Below, piece after piece: positions 28,720 to 40,048 of a stretch of DNA of 64,000 bases. Position numbers and translations under genes: made by a program. The notes under the pieces are model-generated. The model was given only the letters and a program-made list of their open reading frames with translations. It ran no database searches and had not been told where the DNA came from. Positions within the stretch are counted from its first letter, which is position 1; every line of letters begins with the position of its first letter. Origin of the DNA: an uncultured Gammaproteobacteria bacterium (GTDB lineage: Bacteria; Cyanobacteriota; Vampirovibrionia; JBFMGH01); NCBI GenBank assembly GCA_964517135.1, contig CAZFBA010000003.1, forward strand, positions 140,863-204,862. Reading direction: 5' to 3'.

Positions 28720-29259
28720 ATGAATGACCAAATTAACTTAACTTACGACTTTGATACCATTACATTAGAAATAAAACCCCCGAGGAGCTCAAGTTTTACT
28801 CTGTTTTGCGCCACACTGATGGTTTTTATGACCATAGCATTTGTCTTTTCTATAATCCAGAACAGCAATACTAATGCCATTATACCCTTTTTATTATGGG
28901 GTTTAGCAATTTTGCTTACTGGTTATCTCCTTCTATGTAACTTTTTTGCCAGAGTGATTGTTACTGTTGATACTGAAAACCTCTCAATAAAAGATGACGT
29001 TCTCGGTATGGGCTTTTCTAAAAGCTTTAAAATAAAAGAAATTAAAAATTTCAGGGTAGCAAACTTTTTTGATAAAGTGTCAACTCCAACAGCCTCTGGT
29101 TTATTGCATTTCAGGTTTTATGATGGCAAAGTTGCTTTTGAACATAATGACAAAACCTATCGCTTTGGGTCTCAAATCAATCATAATGATGCTATCATTA
29201 TAGCTGAAAAGTTTAAAAACTTTATAAAAAAAATAAACTACGATAAACAAATAGCTTAA
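28720..29259 (+). CDS. hypothetical membrane protein
   Basis: Two N-terminal TM segments then a soluble domain; ATG at 28720 (the track ORF begins at TTG 28714). Confidence 0.45.
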   Translation: MNDQINLTYDFDTITLEIKPPRSSSFTLFCATLMVFMTIAFVFSIIQNSNTNAIIPFLLWGLAILLTGYLLLCNFFARVIVTVDTENLSIKDDVLGMGFSKSFKIKEIKNFRVANFFDKVSTPTASGLLHFRFYDGKVAFEHNDKTYRFGSQINHNDAIIIAEKFKNFIKKINYDKQIA

Positions 29260-29344
29260 AACTGCCGTTCAGAAATTTTTCTTTGCTAAAAAAAGGCTTT
29301 ATAGTATATTTAAGTCTATAACCAGCCTCATAGATGCTATTAAA

Positions 29345-32320
29345 ATGAAAAGTTCGCATAAATTTATTCTTATTGTTCTTTTTATTGCCTTTTTTTTCTC
29401 AGGGGCAAGCGCACTAATCTATCAGGTATTGTGGGTTAAGCATCTGACACTTATTTTTGGCTCTCAGACTCTTGCTATAAGTACTATTCTGGCAAGCTTT
29501 ATGGGTGGGCTTTCTCTGGGAAGCTATTTAATGTCCCGTTATGCCTCTCGAATTAAAAAAGTTGTCTTAACTTACGCTTATATTGAAATATTAATCGGTA
29601 TTTATGCACTGTTAATACCTCTTATATTTGAGTTAATAGATGTTATTTATAAATACATCTGGCCTTTAATAGATGGCAATTATACTATTATTTCTCTGGT
29701 AAGGTTTTTGCTGGTATTTATTGTACTTATTATTCCTACCAGTATGATGGGGGCAACTTTACCCCTGATTGTGAAGTATTATATCGATAAAGATGAAGTT
29801 ATTGTAAGATATACAAGCCTGCTGTACGGTATTAATACTTTTGGAGCAGTTGTAGGTACCTTTATAAGCGGGTTTTACCTTATTGAACACTTTGGAATGA
29901 GAGGCACAAACTTTATTGCGATATCATTTAATATTATAGCTGCAATAGTAGCCATACTAGTTCATATAAAAACATATAAATCTATTAATGTTAAAGATAC
30001 AGCCGATAGTCTGTGTTTAAAATACAAAGATCTTAATACTCATGACAAAATTATTCTATGGTGTATGCTAATATCAGGTTTTACAGCTCTTGCATATGAA
30101 GTTATATGGGCCAGGCAACTGGTTTTAATATTTGGATCTACAACATATTCTTATTCTGCAATGTTATTTATATTTTTAACAGGTGTTGCCTTTGGCAGCA
30201 TAAGTATAAACAGGTTTTTTAATGACAACAATAAAAACAGATACTATTTTGCAGGTATAGAAATATTGACAGGTCTTCTGGTCATAGCAGGAATATATTA
30301 TTATAAAGAACTTATTTATCTTTATAGCAGGCTGGCAACACTTTTGCCTCCGGAATGGTTTATTGTACCTGTTCTGGTAGTTTCAGCCCTCCTTATTTTG
30401 CCGGCAACATTTGCTTTTGGTGTTTTGTTCCCTCTCTCTATCAGGCTGTTTACCCGCAGCTATAAAGAAATTTCAGCCTGTACCGGTACTATTTATTCTT
30501 TTAACACCCTGGGATGTATTATAGGGTCTTTTTCTGCCGGATTTATTTTAATACCTCTGCTGGGTTTAAAAGGATCTATTTTGCTTGTATCTTCTCTTAA
30601 TGTGCTTATTGGTGTTTTATATCTTACCTTTATACTGAGAGAAGCATATTTAAAGATTATTTTATCCAGTATAGTTACTGCAATAGTTTTTGTGCTTATA
30701 GCAGGTACCCCTGAATGGCAGGCAAGGTACATTGCTTCTGGTGCATACCTTAATAGAGTTGTTAATATTAAGTCTGACTATGATGCCTTCTTTAAAAAGC
30801 TTGAAACATACTTACCTGTATTTTATAAAGAAGGGCAGCACTCAACAATAGCAGTATTTAAATGGAAAGTAAAAAAAGGATCTTACTATTCTCTCTATAA
30901 CAACGGAAAAATTGAAGCATCAACGTTTTTTAATGATATGAGAACACAAACTATGCTGGCCTTTTTGCCTGCTATGCTTGTTAAAAACTCTGGATCAGCT
31001 GCTATTATAGGCATGGGATCAGGAATTACTGTTGGTGCGCTCCTTCAATTTCCGTTCCAGGAAGTAGAAGTTATTGAGCTCGAAAAAGCTATTGTAGATG
31101 CAAGAAAATATTTCTCTAAACCTTATGGAGACCCGCTAAAAGATCAGAGAGTTAAACTTATTATTGATGACGCAAGAAATTATCTAAATGTTGTAGATAA
31201 AAAGTATGATCTCATTATCTCTGAACCTTCTAATGTCTGGGTAAGTGGTGTCGCCAGCCTTTTTACGGAAGAATATTATAAAATAATTAAAAAGAGACTT
31301 ACAGATGACGGCATACTATGCCAGTGGATTCAAATTTATGACCTTAAAATGGAAATAATAGCATCTGTTTTAAAGGCAATGAAAAATGAATTTAACTATG
31401 TTTACCTCTTTCACCCTAAAAGTGGAGCTGACTTTCTTTTAATAGCTTCGCAAAAACCTTTAAAAATTGATCTTGATAATTTATCTGAAAAGATAAACCA
31501 GAATAAAAATGTTAAAAATCACTTCAAAAACGGATATGCAATATACAAAAATTATCAAATAGCTAATTTATTTATTGGTAACGATGATGCAATTACTAAA
31601 TATCTCTCTGATAACTTTCATAAGATACCTTCAAACACAGATAATAATTCATACCTTGAGTTTAAAGCCCCCAGAATGTTTTATACCTCGCCCGGTGAAT
31701 ATTTTCAGGAAATTAATATCAATGAACTATTTATGAACTTAAAAGGTATCGACATGAATGATGTTAAAAACCCTACTGATGACTTTTATAAGGAGGTCGT
31801 TCTTGCTATAAAAGACCAGTTCAAGGTTGCAAAAAAGAGAAGCCACCATAGAGTAGCCTCTGATAAAGATCTCTACAGAAAGCAGGCTCTTGTTTATGCA
31901 TTAAAATATAACGATTTTAGAAATAATTCACCTGAAAGCCTTTCACTGCTAGGAAAAGCCTGTATATTCTCTGGTGAAATTAAAAAAGGTATCAACTATC
32001 TTGAACAGGCTGCAAAGAAAAACATTGATGATATAAGTACATACAAAATTCTTGCACGCTATTTTAACAAAATGCTCTATAAAGAACACTATGAAATCAA
32101 CCCGGAAAAAGCTCAGAAATACTCAAATAAGATTATTAAACTGAATGCAGATGACCCGACAGGCTATTTGCTTCTGGCAATTGCCCGCTATCGCCTTAAA
32201 GACTATACCGGAACAGTTAACAGTCTTAATATTTATAAAAAACTTTGCGATAAACAGAATTGCAACTTCAAAGAAAGCTATTATAACTACTATATTAAAG
32301 CAGCAAAAGCCAGAATATAG
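29345..32320 (+). CDS. fused MFS-like membrane domain / spermidine synthase-like domain protein with C-terminal TPR repeats
   Basis: N-terminal polytopic region (about 450 aa); class I methyltransferase/spermidine synthase fold motifs (AIIGMGSGITVGALLQF, EVIELEKAIVDARKYF, LIIDDARNYL, YDLIISEPSNVWVSG); TPR-like C-terminus. Confidence 0.8.
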   Translation: MKSSHKFILIVLFIAFFFSGASALIYQVLWVKHLTLIFGSQTLAISTILASFMGGLSLGSYLMSRYASRIKKVVLTYAYIEILIGIYALLIPLIFELIDVIYKYIWPLIDGNYTIISLVRFLLVFIVLIIPTSMMGATLPLIVKYYIDKDEVIVRYTSLLYGINTFGAVVGTFISGFYLIEHFGMRGTNFIAISFNIIAAIVAILVHIKTYKSINVKDTADSLCLKYKDLNTHDKIILWCMLISGFTALAYEVIWARQLVLIFGSTTYSYSAMLFIFLTGVAFGSISINRFFNDNNKNRYYFAGIEILTGLLVIAGIYYYKELIYLYSRLATLLPPEWFIVPVLVVSALLILPATFAFGVLFPLSIRLFTRSYKEISACTGTIYSFNTLGCIIGSFSAGFILIPLLGLKGSILLVSSLNVLIGVLYLTFILREAYLKIILSSIVTAIVFVLIAGTPEWQARYIASGAYLNRVVNIKSDYDAFFKKLETYLPVFYKEGQHSTIAVFKWKVKKGSYYSLYNNGKIEASTFFNDMRTQTMLAFLPAMLVKNSGSAAIIGMGSGITVGALLQFPFQEVEVIELEKAIVDARKYFSKPYGDPLKDQRVKLIIDDARNYLNVVDKKYDLIISEPSNVWVSGVASLFTEEYYKIIKKRLTDDGILCQWIQIYDLKMEIIASVLKAMKNEFNYVYLFHPKSGADFLLIASQKPLKIDLDNLSEKINQNKNVKNHFKNGYAIYKNYQIANLFIGNDDAITKYLSDNFHKIPSNTDNNSYLEFKAPRMFYTSPGEYFQEININELFMNLKGIDMNDVKNPTDDFYKEVVLAIKDQFKVAKKRSHHRVASDKDLYRKQALVYALKYNDFRNNSPESLSLLGKACIFSGEIKKGINYLEQAAKKNIDDISTYKILARYFNKMLYKEHYEINPEKAQKYSNKIIKLNADDPTGYLLLAIARYRLKDYTGTVNSLNIYKKLCDKQNCNFKESYYNYYIKAAKARI

Positions 32321-32634
32321 AAAAAACAAGACTGAAAACCCCCTCTAAAAATTTTCAGGATGTTTTAAGCACACACTACCCAAAAACTAATTATTTTTAA
32401 ACAGTATAATGGCTTTAAAAGAATATATTGTCTTATATGCTTGCTGAGTAGTATTGTTGCGATAAACAAACTATTAAAACACTAATCATTATTGTTTTTA
32501 AGCCTATTAATAATGGTTGAACTTAATAAATCATAAAAATTTTCTTATCATAAAGAGATTTAACACTCCTACTGTGCTAAAATCTTGAAAAAGTCGTCAA
32601 TAAAATTATCATCGGTTTCAGGAAACACAAAAGA

Positions 32635-35454
32635 ATGATTAATCTTCTGCTAAAAATATTAGGAGACCCCAACGATAGAGAACTCAAGAAGATGCAACCC
32701 ATTGTGGATGCAGTTAATGCCTATGAGCCTGTTTTTTCTGAGATGTCAGACGATAATCTCTCAAGAGTTACTATAGATTTTAAAAATAGACTTGATGCAA
32801 GGCAAAAATCTTCTAACCCTGACAAAGATAGAAAACTTGAAGAAGAAGCACTTGAACTTATATTGCCTGAAGCCTATGCAGCTGTGCGGGAAGTTGGCAA
32901 ACGTGTGTTAAATATGAGGCACTTTGATGTTCAGATACTCGGTGGTTATGTATTACACAAAGGTCGTATCTCAGAAATGCGTACCGGTGAGGGTAAAACC
33001 CTTGTTGCTACTCTGCCGGCTTACCTGAACGCACTTACTGGTAAAGGTGTACATATTGTAACCGTCAATGACTACCTTGCACGCCGAGATAGTGAATGGA
33101 TGGGTGAAATATACAGGTTTCTGGGGCTTAATGTTGGCCTAATTACCCTTGAAAAGGGTTCATGGAGCGAGTTTGAACTTAAAAAAGCAGCCTATGCAGC
33201 TGATATAACTTATGGAACTAACAACGAATACGGCTTTGATTATCTTAGAGATAATATGGCAGGCAGCCTTGAGCAGTGTGTTCAAAGACCTTACCATTAT
33301 GCTATCATCGATGAGGTCGACAGTATACTTATTGATGAAGCCAGAACACCTCTCATAATTAGCGGCAGGGTTGAACAATCAGCTGACCTTTACTATACAA
33401 TGGCTAAACTGGCTCCTAAACTTCAGAAAGATATCGATTATGAGGTTGATGAAAAAACCAAAAACGTTATACTAAACGAAGAAGGCATCGATAAAGCAGT
33501 AGAATATCTCGGATGTGAAGATCTCTATGACCCTTCAAGACAGTATGCACACTATATTATACAGGCATTGAAGGCAAAAGAGCTGTTTAAAAAAGATATA
33601 GATTACGTCATAAAAGACAATCAGATTGTTATAGTAGATGAATTTACTGGCAGGCTTATGGATGGCCGCCGATGGAGTGATGGCCTGCATCAATCTATTG
33701 AAGCAAAGGAAAAATTAAAAATTCAGGATGAGTCTCAAACTCTTGCCAGTATTACATTTCAAAACCTGTTCAGGTTATATCCAAAACTGGCAGGTATGAC
33801 AGGTACTGCTAAAACTGAAGAGCCTGAATTTGAAAAAATATATAAGCTTAAGGTTTTTTGTATAACCACTAACAAAAGAGATATCAGAAAAGATGAACCT
33901 GATGTTGTTTATAAGACAGTAAAACAAAAGTTTCTTGCTGTCGTTGACGATATTATAGAAAAACATAAACAGGGCCGACCGGTGCTTGTTGGCACTATCA
34001 GCATTGAAAACTCTGAAATAATATCTGATATGCTTAAAAAAAAGGGTATCAAGCATAACGTCTTAAACGCAAAATACCACGCACAGGAAGCAGTGATTAT
34101 TGCACAGGCCGGAAGAAAAGGGGCCATTACGATTGCAACTAACATGGCTGGTAGAGGTACTGATATATTGCTGGGCGGTAATCCTGAATTTCTGGCTAAA
34201 GAAATGCTGGAAAAAGACGGCATTAAAGCCGAAGAGATTGACGATAAAGAATATGAAAAAATAGCCCAGGATTATCTGCAAAGAGCCTATAAAATATGTG
34301 ATGATGAGCATAATGAAGTTGTAGAAGCTGGTGGGCTTTATGTTTTGGGTACAGAAAGGCATGAATCCAGGCGTATAGATAATCAGCTCAGAGGTCGTGC
34401 TGCAAGACAGGGTGACCCGGGTAGTACACGCTTTTATCTCTCTCTTGAAGATAGCTTGATGAGACTTTTTGGAGGAGAAAAGATATACAACTTAATGGAT
34501 TCACTTCAGGTTGAAGAATCTATGGCCATTGATCACCCACTCATAAGCGGTACAATAGAACGTGCGCAGAAAAAAGTTGAAGCCTATCACTTTGATATCA
34601 GGAAACACGTCCTTGAATATGATGACGTAATGAATGATCAACGTGAAAAATTCTATAAACAACGCCGCAAAGTTCTTGAAGGCCAGAACCTGAAAGAAGA
34701 TATTCTCTATATGATTGAAAGAGAAGTCGAGCGACTCATTGGAGCCTTCATAAATAAAGACCTTCCCTATGAAGAATGGGAAGCTGGCGCACTGGATGAT
34801 ATTTGTAAGGCAGTCTCATCTCAGATTCCGCCACTGTCACATCTGACACCTATGGATCTCAGAGGCATGAAATATGATCCACTGCTTAATAAGCTTCTAC
34901 AAGAGGCTCATAATGCTTATAATGAACATGAAGAGAACATTGTTAATTTCTTTAATACTGTCATAGCACCTGAAACAGGTCAGAAAAAACAACTGCTGGA
35001 TGATAAAGATAATATCATGAGAGACCTCGAAAGAGACACTCTGTTGAGGATTGTAGATAAAAAATGGGTTGATCACCTTCATAACATAGACGCTTTGAGA
35101 GAAGGTATAGGCCTAAGGGCTTATGGCCAAAAAGACCCGCTTATTGAATATAAACGAGAAGCTTATGAAATGTTTAATGACCTGATACAGGATATTCAGA
35201 GAGAAACAGTATCAACATTATTTAGAACTAAATTCCAGGTTCAGGTAGTTAACCTTCAAGATGAAGAAGAAATTGAAACAGAACTCACTATTGCAGGCCG
35301 TTCTGCGGTTTCATCTTATGATGAAGATGGCTCCGATCAGGAAGAATCTTATTCTTCTTCAGCTCGCAAGGTCGGCCGTAACGAACCATGCCCCTGCGGC
35401 AGTGGGCTTAAATATAAGAAATGCTGCGGTGCAGTTAAGGTCAATCAAAGGTAA
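32635..35454 (+). CDS. secA: preprotein translocase ATPase SecA
   Basis: Full-length SecA: N-terminus [19 protein letters not shown]; DEAD-like motifs ([44 protein letters not shown]); C-terminal zinc-binding tail [14 protein letters not shown]. Confidence 0.95.
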   Translation: MINLLLKILGDPNDRELKKMQPIVDAVNAYEPVFSEMSDDNLSRVTIDFKNRLDARQKSSNPDKDRKLEEEALELILPEAYAAVREVGKRVLNMRHFDVQILGGYVLHKGRISEMRTGEGKTLVATLPAYLNALTGKGVHIVTVNDYLARRDSEWMGEIYRFLGLNVGLITLEKGSWSEFELKKAAYAADITYGTNNEYGFDYLRDNMAGSLEQCVQRPYHYAIIDEVDSILIDEARTPLIISGRVEQSADLYYTMAKLAPKLQKDIDYEVDEKTKNVILNEEGIDKAVEYLGCEDLYDPSRQYAHYIIQALKAKELFKKDIDYVIKDNQIVIVDEFTGRLMDGRRWSDGLHQSIEAKEKLKIQDESQTLASITFQNLFRLYPKLAGMTGTAKTEEPEFEKIYKLKVFCITTNKRDIRKDEPDVVYKTVKQKFLAVVDDIIEKHKQGRPVLVGTISIENSEIISDMLKKKGIKHNVLNAKYHAQEAVIIAQAGRKGAITIATNMAGRGTDILLGGNPEFLAKEMLEKDGIKAEEIDDKEYEKIAQDYLQRAYKICDDEHNEVVEAGGLYVLGTERHESRRIDNQLRGRAARQGDPGSTRFYLSLEDSLMRLFGGEKIYNLMDSLQVEESMAIDHPLISGTIERAQKKVEAYHFDIRKHVLEYDDVMNDQREKFYKQRRKVLEGQNLKEDILYMIEREVERLIGAFINKDLPYEEWEAGALDDICKAVSSQIPPLSHLTPMDLRGMKYDPLLNKLLQEAHNAYNEHEENIVNFFNTVIAPETGQKKQLLDDKDNIMRDLERDTLLRIVDKKWVDHLHNIDALREGIGLRAYGQKDPLIEYKREAYEMFNDLIQDIQRETVSTLFRTKFQVQVVNLQDEEEIETELTIAGRSAVSSYDEDGSDQEESYSSSARKVGRNEPCPCGSGLKYKKCCGAVKVNQR

Positions 35455-35459
35455 TATCT

Positions 35460-36573
35460 ATGTTAACAGACTTTAAAAAAGATATTGAAATCCTAAAAGC
35501 TCAAATAACTAATGCCGGAAACTATCTTTGAGCCAGAAAAGCTTAAAAATAAAGTAGATGAATTGCAACAAAAGCTTAACCAGCCTAATATCTGGAATGA
35601 TCCGATAGAAGGTCAGCTTGTGTCACAGGATCTACACGAAAATCAGGAACTACTTCAGCTTTATAACGACTGGAACTCAAGAATAGAAGAAATTGAAATA
35701 CTTCTTGAGATGGGTATTGAAGAAAATGATACCTCAGTAGAAGCTGAAATAGAGACCAGCATAAAATCTCTAAAAAAAGAACTCGATCAGTGGGAATTCC
35801 AGAAGATGTTGGGCGGAGAATATGATAAATCAGACGCTATAATTACAGTTAATGCCGGTGCAGGCGGGACAGACGCACAAGACTGGGCAGAAATCTTGCT
35901 CCGGATGTATCTCAGATGGTCTGAACAGAATAAATACAAAGTTTTAATTATTGACCAGTCAGACGGTGAAGAAGCAGGTATTAAAAGCGCTACCTGCAAA
36001 GTCTCTGGCAGGTATGCTTACGGATATCTTAAAGCTGAAAAAGGTGTTCACAGGCTTGTAAGGCTATCACCATTTAACGCTAATAACAAAAGACAAACAA
36101 GTTTTGCATCTGTTGAAGTGTCACCAATCATACCTGATATAGATTCAAAAATAGAAATAAACCCTGATGACCTCGATATTTCTACAATGAGAGCCGGGGG
36201 TGCCGGTGGACAGCACGTTAACAAAGTTGAATCAGCTGTTAGAATAACACACATACCCTCTGGTTTAACTGTAAAATGCCAGCAAGAGCGTTCACAAACC
36301 CAGAATAGAGAGCTGGCTCTTGAGTTATTGAAATCTAAATTGCTTGAACGCAAACAACAGGAACATGAACAGAAACTCTCTGCCCTCAAAGGTGATGTTA
36401 TGGACGTCAATTTCGGTAGCCAGATACGTTCTTATGTCTTCCACCCCTACTCAATGGTGAAAGACCATCGCACCAGTTATGAGACTGGCAACGTTGATGG
36501 GGTTCTCAATGGGGATATTGATCCTTTTATAGAGGCTTTTCTACGTAGTGATTATAACATGATAGCTAAATAA
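35460..36573 (+). CDS. prfB: peptide chain release factor 2 with programmed +1 ribosomal frameshift (frame 0 is 35460..35528; +1 shift at CTT TGA G, 35526..35532; continues in the frame of the 35512..36573 track ORF)
   Basis: Frame-0 ORF MLTDFKKDIEILKAQITNAGNYL ends at CTT TGA G, the conserved RF2 autoregulatory frameshift site. The +1 frame continues EPEKLKNK... and carries RF2 signatures (SPF tripeptide in RLSPFNANNKRQTSFASVEV; GGQ in AGGAGGQHVNKVESAVRITHIPSG). Confidence 0.9.
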
Positions 36574-36591
36574 GCTTCCTAACTGAACTGT

Positions 36592-36726
36592 TTATTTGTC
36601 TAACTGAAATTCTGCATAGTTCATGTCTGACTGCTTGTTGATTTCATCAACAGTGACAGAAAGAGGCAGAAAAATCAACACGAGAATACTAACAAAAGAT
36701 ACCAGTGTAGCGATTTTTTTAATCAT
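36592..36726 (-). CDS. candidate small membrane protein (44 aa) not in the ORF track
   Basis: Reverse-strand AGGGAGA SD 9 nt upstream of ATG; encodes MIKKIATLVSFVSILVLIFLPLSVTVDEINKQSDMNYAEFQLDK, a single TM helix plus a charged tail. Confidence 0.3.
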   Translation of the reverse strand: MIKKIATLVSFVSILVLIFLPLSVTVDEINKQSDMNYAEFQLDK

Positions 36727-37137
36727 TTTTAACATTCTCCCTAACTTTTTGACCTGCATAAATGAGATCTTACAATATTATTATGCCATTTTTTTGCAAA
36801 ATCAAAACCCTGTTTTAGATAAAAAGAAACATTTTTTTACACAAATCAGAAATATGTTTTTGTTTTTCCGAAATGGCAAAATATAAGATAAAACCTCTTT
36901 ATAATGCTTAATAAAGGCTAATATAATTCTTCTAATACCGGATTACCGTCAAAAGGCAACTGATTCCAGAGATACTGGGTCTCAAAATAATACGGTGAAA
37001 TGTAATATATTGAAAGCAAACTGGTATAACGTTGTGATTACAGCTATTTCAAAAAATAAAGAGCCTGATGAAGGCTCTTTTAAAAATTCAGGGCAATAGT
37101 ATGTCACGATGACATTGATAAAATCGGAAATCAGAGA

Positions 37138-37617
37138 CTATGACTGTAGTTTTGAAAGAAAATTCTGTATTATCTCGGGGGCTAAGAAGTTTGTATTATA
37201 GCCTCCTTGCTGTTGTTGTTCTTGCTTTGCCTGCTGAATAGCTGCTAAGTCTCCTTGAAGAGATCCTGTTGGTTGCAGGCCCAGAGCCTGAAGCTGCTGT
37301 AATATTTCTGGCGGAGGTCCCGGAGGAGATCCTTTGCCCTTGCCCTGACCGGGTTTGCCATGTTCAGCTTCATAGCTTGCAACTTCTTCATCTGTTATGC
37401 CTTTTTCTTCAAACAGCTGTTGAAACGGATTTTCTCCATTTTTTAGTGCCTGCATAACTTCTTTTGGAGAGTTATAGCCCTGTTCTTGAAGATAAGCCTG
37501 CACTTCCTGCGAGCTTATTCCGTGTTCTTTAAATAAACTTGCGTATGGTGGTTCTTTTTTGGTGCCTTGTGGTGACATGCCACCATTGATAGCTTGAATA
37601 CCGTTTACCATGAACAT
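37138..37617 (-). CDS. hypothetical Gly/Pro/Gln-rich protein
   Basis: ATG start; low-complexity GKPGQGKGKGSPPGPPP and a Q-rich C-terminus; no domain recognised. Confidence 0.45.
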   Translation of the reverse strand: MFMVNGIQAINGGMSPQGTKKEPPYASLFKEHGISSQEVQAYLQEQGYNSPKEVMQALKNGENPFQQLFEEKGITDEEVASYEAEHGKPGQGKGKGSPPGPPPEILQQLQALGLQPTGSLQGDLAAIQQAKQEQQQQGGYNTNFLAPEIIQNFLSKLQS

Positions 37618-37928
37618 CCTCCAGTTGCCTGTCTACAAGATAAATAATGACAACTAATACCGCTTAAGGGCATCAGTACTACTAAGTGTGCTATTGAATC
37701 TATCTTATTTCTAATATAACAAACAATTCTCAGTAATGCCTGATTCTACAGCACTACTTTTTTTTCGGGGGGAAAAATTAAGTGATATTAGTAATTTTCA
37801 GCATTTATGTTTTGAAATGGTTGTAACAAAGCTTAAAAGAATTAACCTTGCTGAACCTGTATTTAAGGGTATTAACAATTCTTGCTATTTATAGTTTGTT
37901 ATTTCTGGCTATTCATCTGCTTTTTTAA

Positions 37929-38140
37929 CCCATTTAATTCATAAACTATTAATAAATTGACCTGAAACAGTTATAGAAATTGATGTTTAGCGAATACATA
38001 TTTTTAACAAAGTGTCAAAACATTGCAGGGAACAGAAGTTAGGGGGTCGGGTTTAAAAGTGCGGCAGCGCCACACTTTTAAACCCTCTAGAATAAATAGA
38101 CTATAAATTGATGAATAATGCGGGTTAATTCTGTTTTGTC
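37929..38140 (-). repeat. intergenic repeat R2, copy 2 (inverted relative to copy 1); palindrome at 38049..38085
   Basis: Reverse complement of 28142..28354 at about 90% identity; the 13-bp arms are identical, the 11-nt loop differs. Confidence 0.75.
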
Positions 38141-38198
38141 TGGCTGAGCAAGCAAAACTATCCTGTAGTAAATTTAAAGCAGATATAGTTTACTTTAG
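38141..38198. repeat. intergenic repeat module R3 (second copy 47150..47207)
   Basis: ctgRNtRagcaagcaaaaNNNNcctgtagtaaatttaaagcNNatagNgtttacttt is shared by the two loci. Confidence 0.65.
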
Positions 38199-38382
38199 TG
38201 TCTTGGTATAACTGTAATTATTAAAATAAGTAATATTCAAATCTCTCTGTATATTTAAATTCAAATAAGAATAAACCCTGAAAACTCCTTAACCATTTGA
38301 TACATACTGGACCTCTTCTCAATGTTACCCTAAAATAAATATGTTCATTATTCATATTAAGCAAAGACAGGTGACATAAGAT

Positions 38383-39198
38383 ATGTTTACACTTCCTCAA
38401 ATAAAAAAAGAGCTTTCCAGACGCTATAAACAGGATATTGCTCTTGATATTCTTGAGAATTACATTCATATCTGGAACATTGAACCGGCTATTAAAGATA
38501 AAATGCTTTATGACGAAAATTCATTGTACAAATTATCAAGAGGTATCAAGCTAACCAATGATGGATTCAACGAAAACGCTATCACAGATATTATTAATAC
38601 CCGAAAGAAAGAAAATGGCAAAACTAAAAAGACCATCGACGAATACGTTTATGAGAAAGTGGAAGAGGCGATAAATATACTCAGGGAAGAAGGCAATAAT
38701 AATGATGCAGAAAAGCTGAAGTCTGTATTAAAATCTAAAAACGAAGAGAAGCAAAGGAAAATTAACTATCAAACTAATCCTTCCAGGCCGGTCAGCAAAG
38801 AAATGCCTGCAACCAATGTAGTTAAGCTTAATAAAGAAAAGCCACATCAATATATAAGTAAAGATACTCAGGAAGATAAAAGCACCGCTGAAAGACCCTC
38901 AGGAGAAGCTAAAGAGAAGGTTAGTGACTCTGTTATCAATAAATTATCTGATAAAATTTCTGAAAAAGTGTCCTTTTCTGTAGTAGAATCATTGCTTGAC
39001 TATTTTAAAGCAGAAGAATTTCTTTACAGGCTGGGCTCTTTTGGATCTCTGAGAAGGGATAATGAAATATTATCAAAGCAAGTCGAAGAGCTTATTAAGG
39101 CAAATTCAATGCTGGAAGATAAACTCTTTGAACTAGAAGTTAAAAACAGAAACTATAAAAGAATCTGGAAAAATTTATACTTTAAAATGAATGGATAA
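38383..39198 (+). CDS. hypothetical charged coiled-coil protein
   Basis: ATG start; Lys/Glu-rich; C-terminal heptad-like region; followed by a clear intrinsic terminator. Confidence 0.5.
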   Translation: MFTLPQIKKELSRRYKQDIALDILENYIHIWNIEPAIKDKMLYDENSLYKLSRGIKLTNDGFNENAITDIINTRKKENGKTKKTIDEYVYEKVEEAINILREEGNNNDAEKLKSVLKSKNEEKQRKINYQTNPSRPVSKEMPATNVVKLNKEKPHQYISKDTQEDKSTAERPSGEAKEKVSDSVINKLSDKISEKVSFSVVESLLDYFKAEEFLYRLGSFGSLRRDNEILSKQVEELIKANSMLEDKLFELEVKNRNYKRIWKNLYFKMNG

Positions 39199-39220
39199 AA
39201 GAGGTTAAGGTAAAGTGAGT

Positions 39221-39250
39221 GGGTGCTTTAATGCACCCTTTTATTTTTAA
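39221..39250 (+). terminator. Rho-independent terminator
   Basis: gggtgc-tttaat-gcaccc followed by ttttattttt, immediately after the stop of the 38383..39198 gene. Confidence 0.65.
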
Positions 39251-39332
39251 GGGACTAACATAGCCTGTTTTTGTAGAAATTTTTAAAAGATATTGCTTAA
39301 TTTTTTAGAGAAAAAGTCTTTATTTCAAGCTT

Positions 39333-40040
39333 TTATGGAGTGTTGTTATAGAGAAACTCTGCAATGCTAATATCTTCTGGTGTTGTAATCTTAAGATTTC
39401 TGTAATCACCTTCTACGACAACCGTATTAACACCGATGTTTTCAACCAGTGCGCAATCATCTGTTGAAGTATACCCTTCATTGATAGCTTTTTCGTGAGC
39501 TTCATAGATGAGGTCAAACTGAAAAGCCTGTGGGGTCTGAATAGCCCATAGGAGTTCTCTTTTGGGAGTACTGACAATAGTCTTAGAGAAAGGAGTATCA
39601 GCCTGTTTTATTGTATCTTTGGGTCTTATGCCCAGGGCAACAGCTTTATGCTTGACAGCTCCTTGAATACATTTATCAATCAATTTAGGATCCAGTAGTG
39701 GTCGGGCTCCATCATGAATGACTACATAAGAACAGCTGATATCATTTTGTTTAAGAAAGTCCAGTGCTTTTTTAACTGATTCCTGTCGTGTTTTGCCTCC
39801 AAAGACGATATTTTTAACTTTATCCAGGTCACTGGTTCTGACCATTTTAGCGACGGAGGTTTTGATGCTTTCTGAGATAACGAGAATAATAGAATGTATA
39901 AAAGCCGAGTCTTGAAATGCCTTAATAGCGTGCAGCAAAACAGGTTTGGTATCAATATTAGCTAATAACTTGTTCTGGCCAAATCTTTTGCTTGAACCTG
40001 CTGCCAGAATGATGCCTGTAGTTGCGTAGTTTTCTGTCAT
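39333..40040 (-). CDS. ispD: 2-C-methyl-D-erythritol 4-phosphate cytidylyltransferase
   Basis: IILAAGSSKRFG P-loop-like motif, VVIHDGARPLL, IRPKDTIK; ATG at 40040 chosen (the track ORF extends to TTG 40052, overlapping the thiL stop by 4 nt). Confidence 0.8.
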   Translation of the reverse strand: MTENYATTGIILAAGSSKRFGQNKLLANIDTKPVLLHAIKAFQDSAFIHSIILVISESIKTSVAKMVRTSDLDKVKNIVFGGKTRQESVKKALDFLKQNDISCSYVVIHDGARPLLDPKLIDKCIQGAVKHKAVALGIRPKDTIKQADTPFSKTIVSTPKRELLWAIQTPQAFQFDLIYEAHEKAINEGYTSTDDCALVENIGVNTVVVEGDYRNLKITTPEDISIAEFLYNNTP

Positions 40041-40048
40041 AATCCCGC

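Noticed and set aside
35261-35476. 71-aa ORF overlapping the 3' end of secA
   Set aside because: It overlaps the well-supported secA zinc-finger tail in a different frame, has no SD, and has a basic low-complexity product.
28142-38140. Inverted R2 repeats as termini of a composite transposon or genomic island
   Set aside because: The enclosed genes are core housekeeping (secA, prfB). No transposase or integrase is present and no direct target duplications are visible. The copies look like dispersed REP/MITE-type elements rather than island boundaries.
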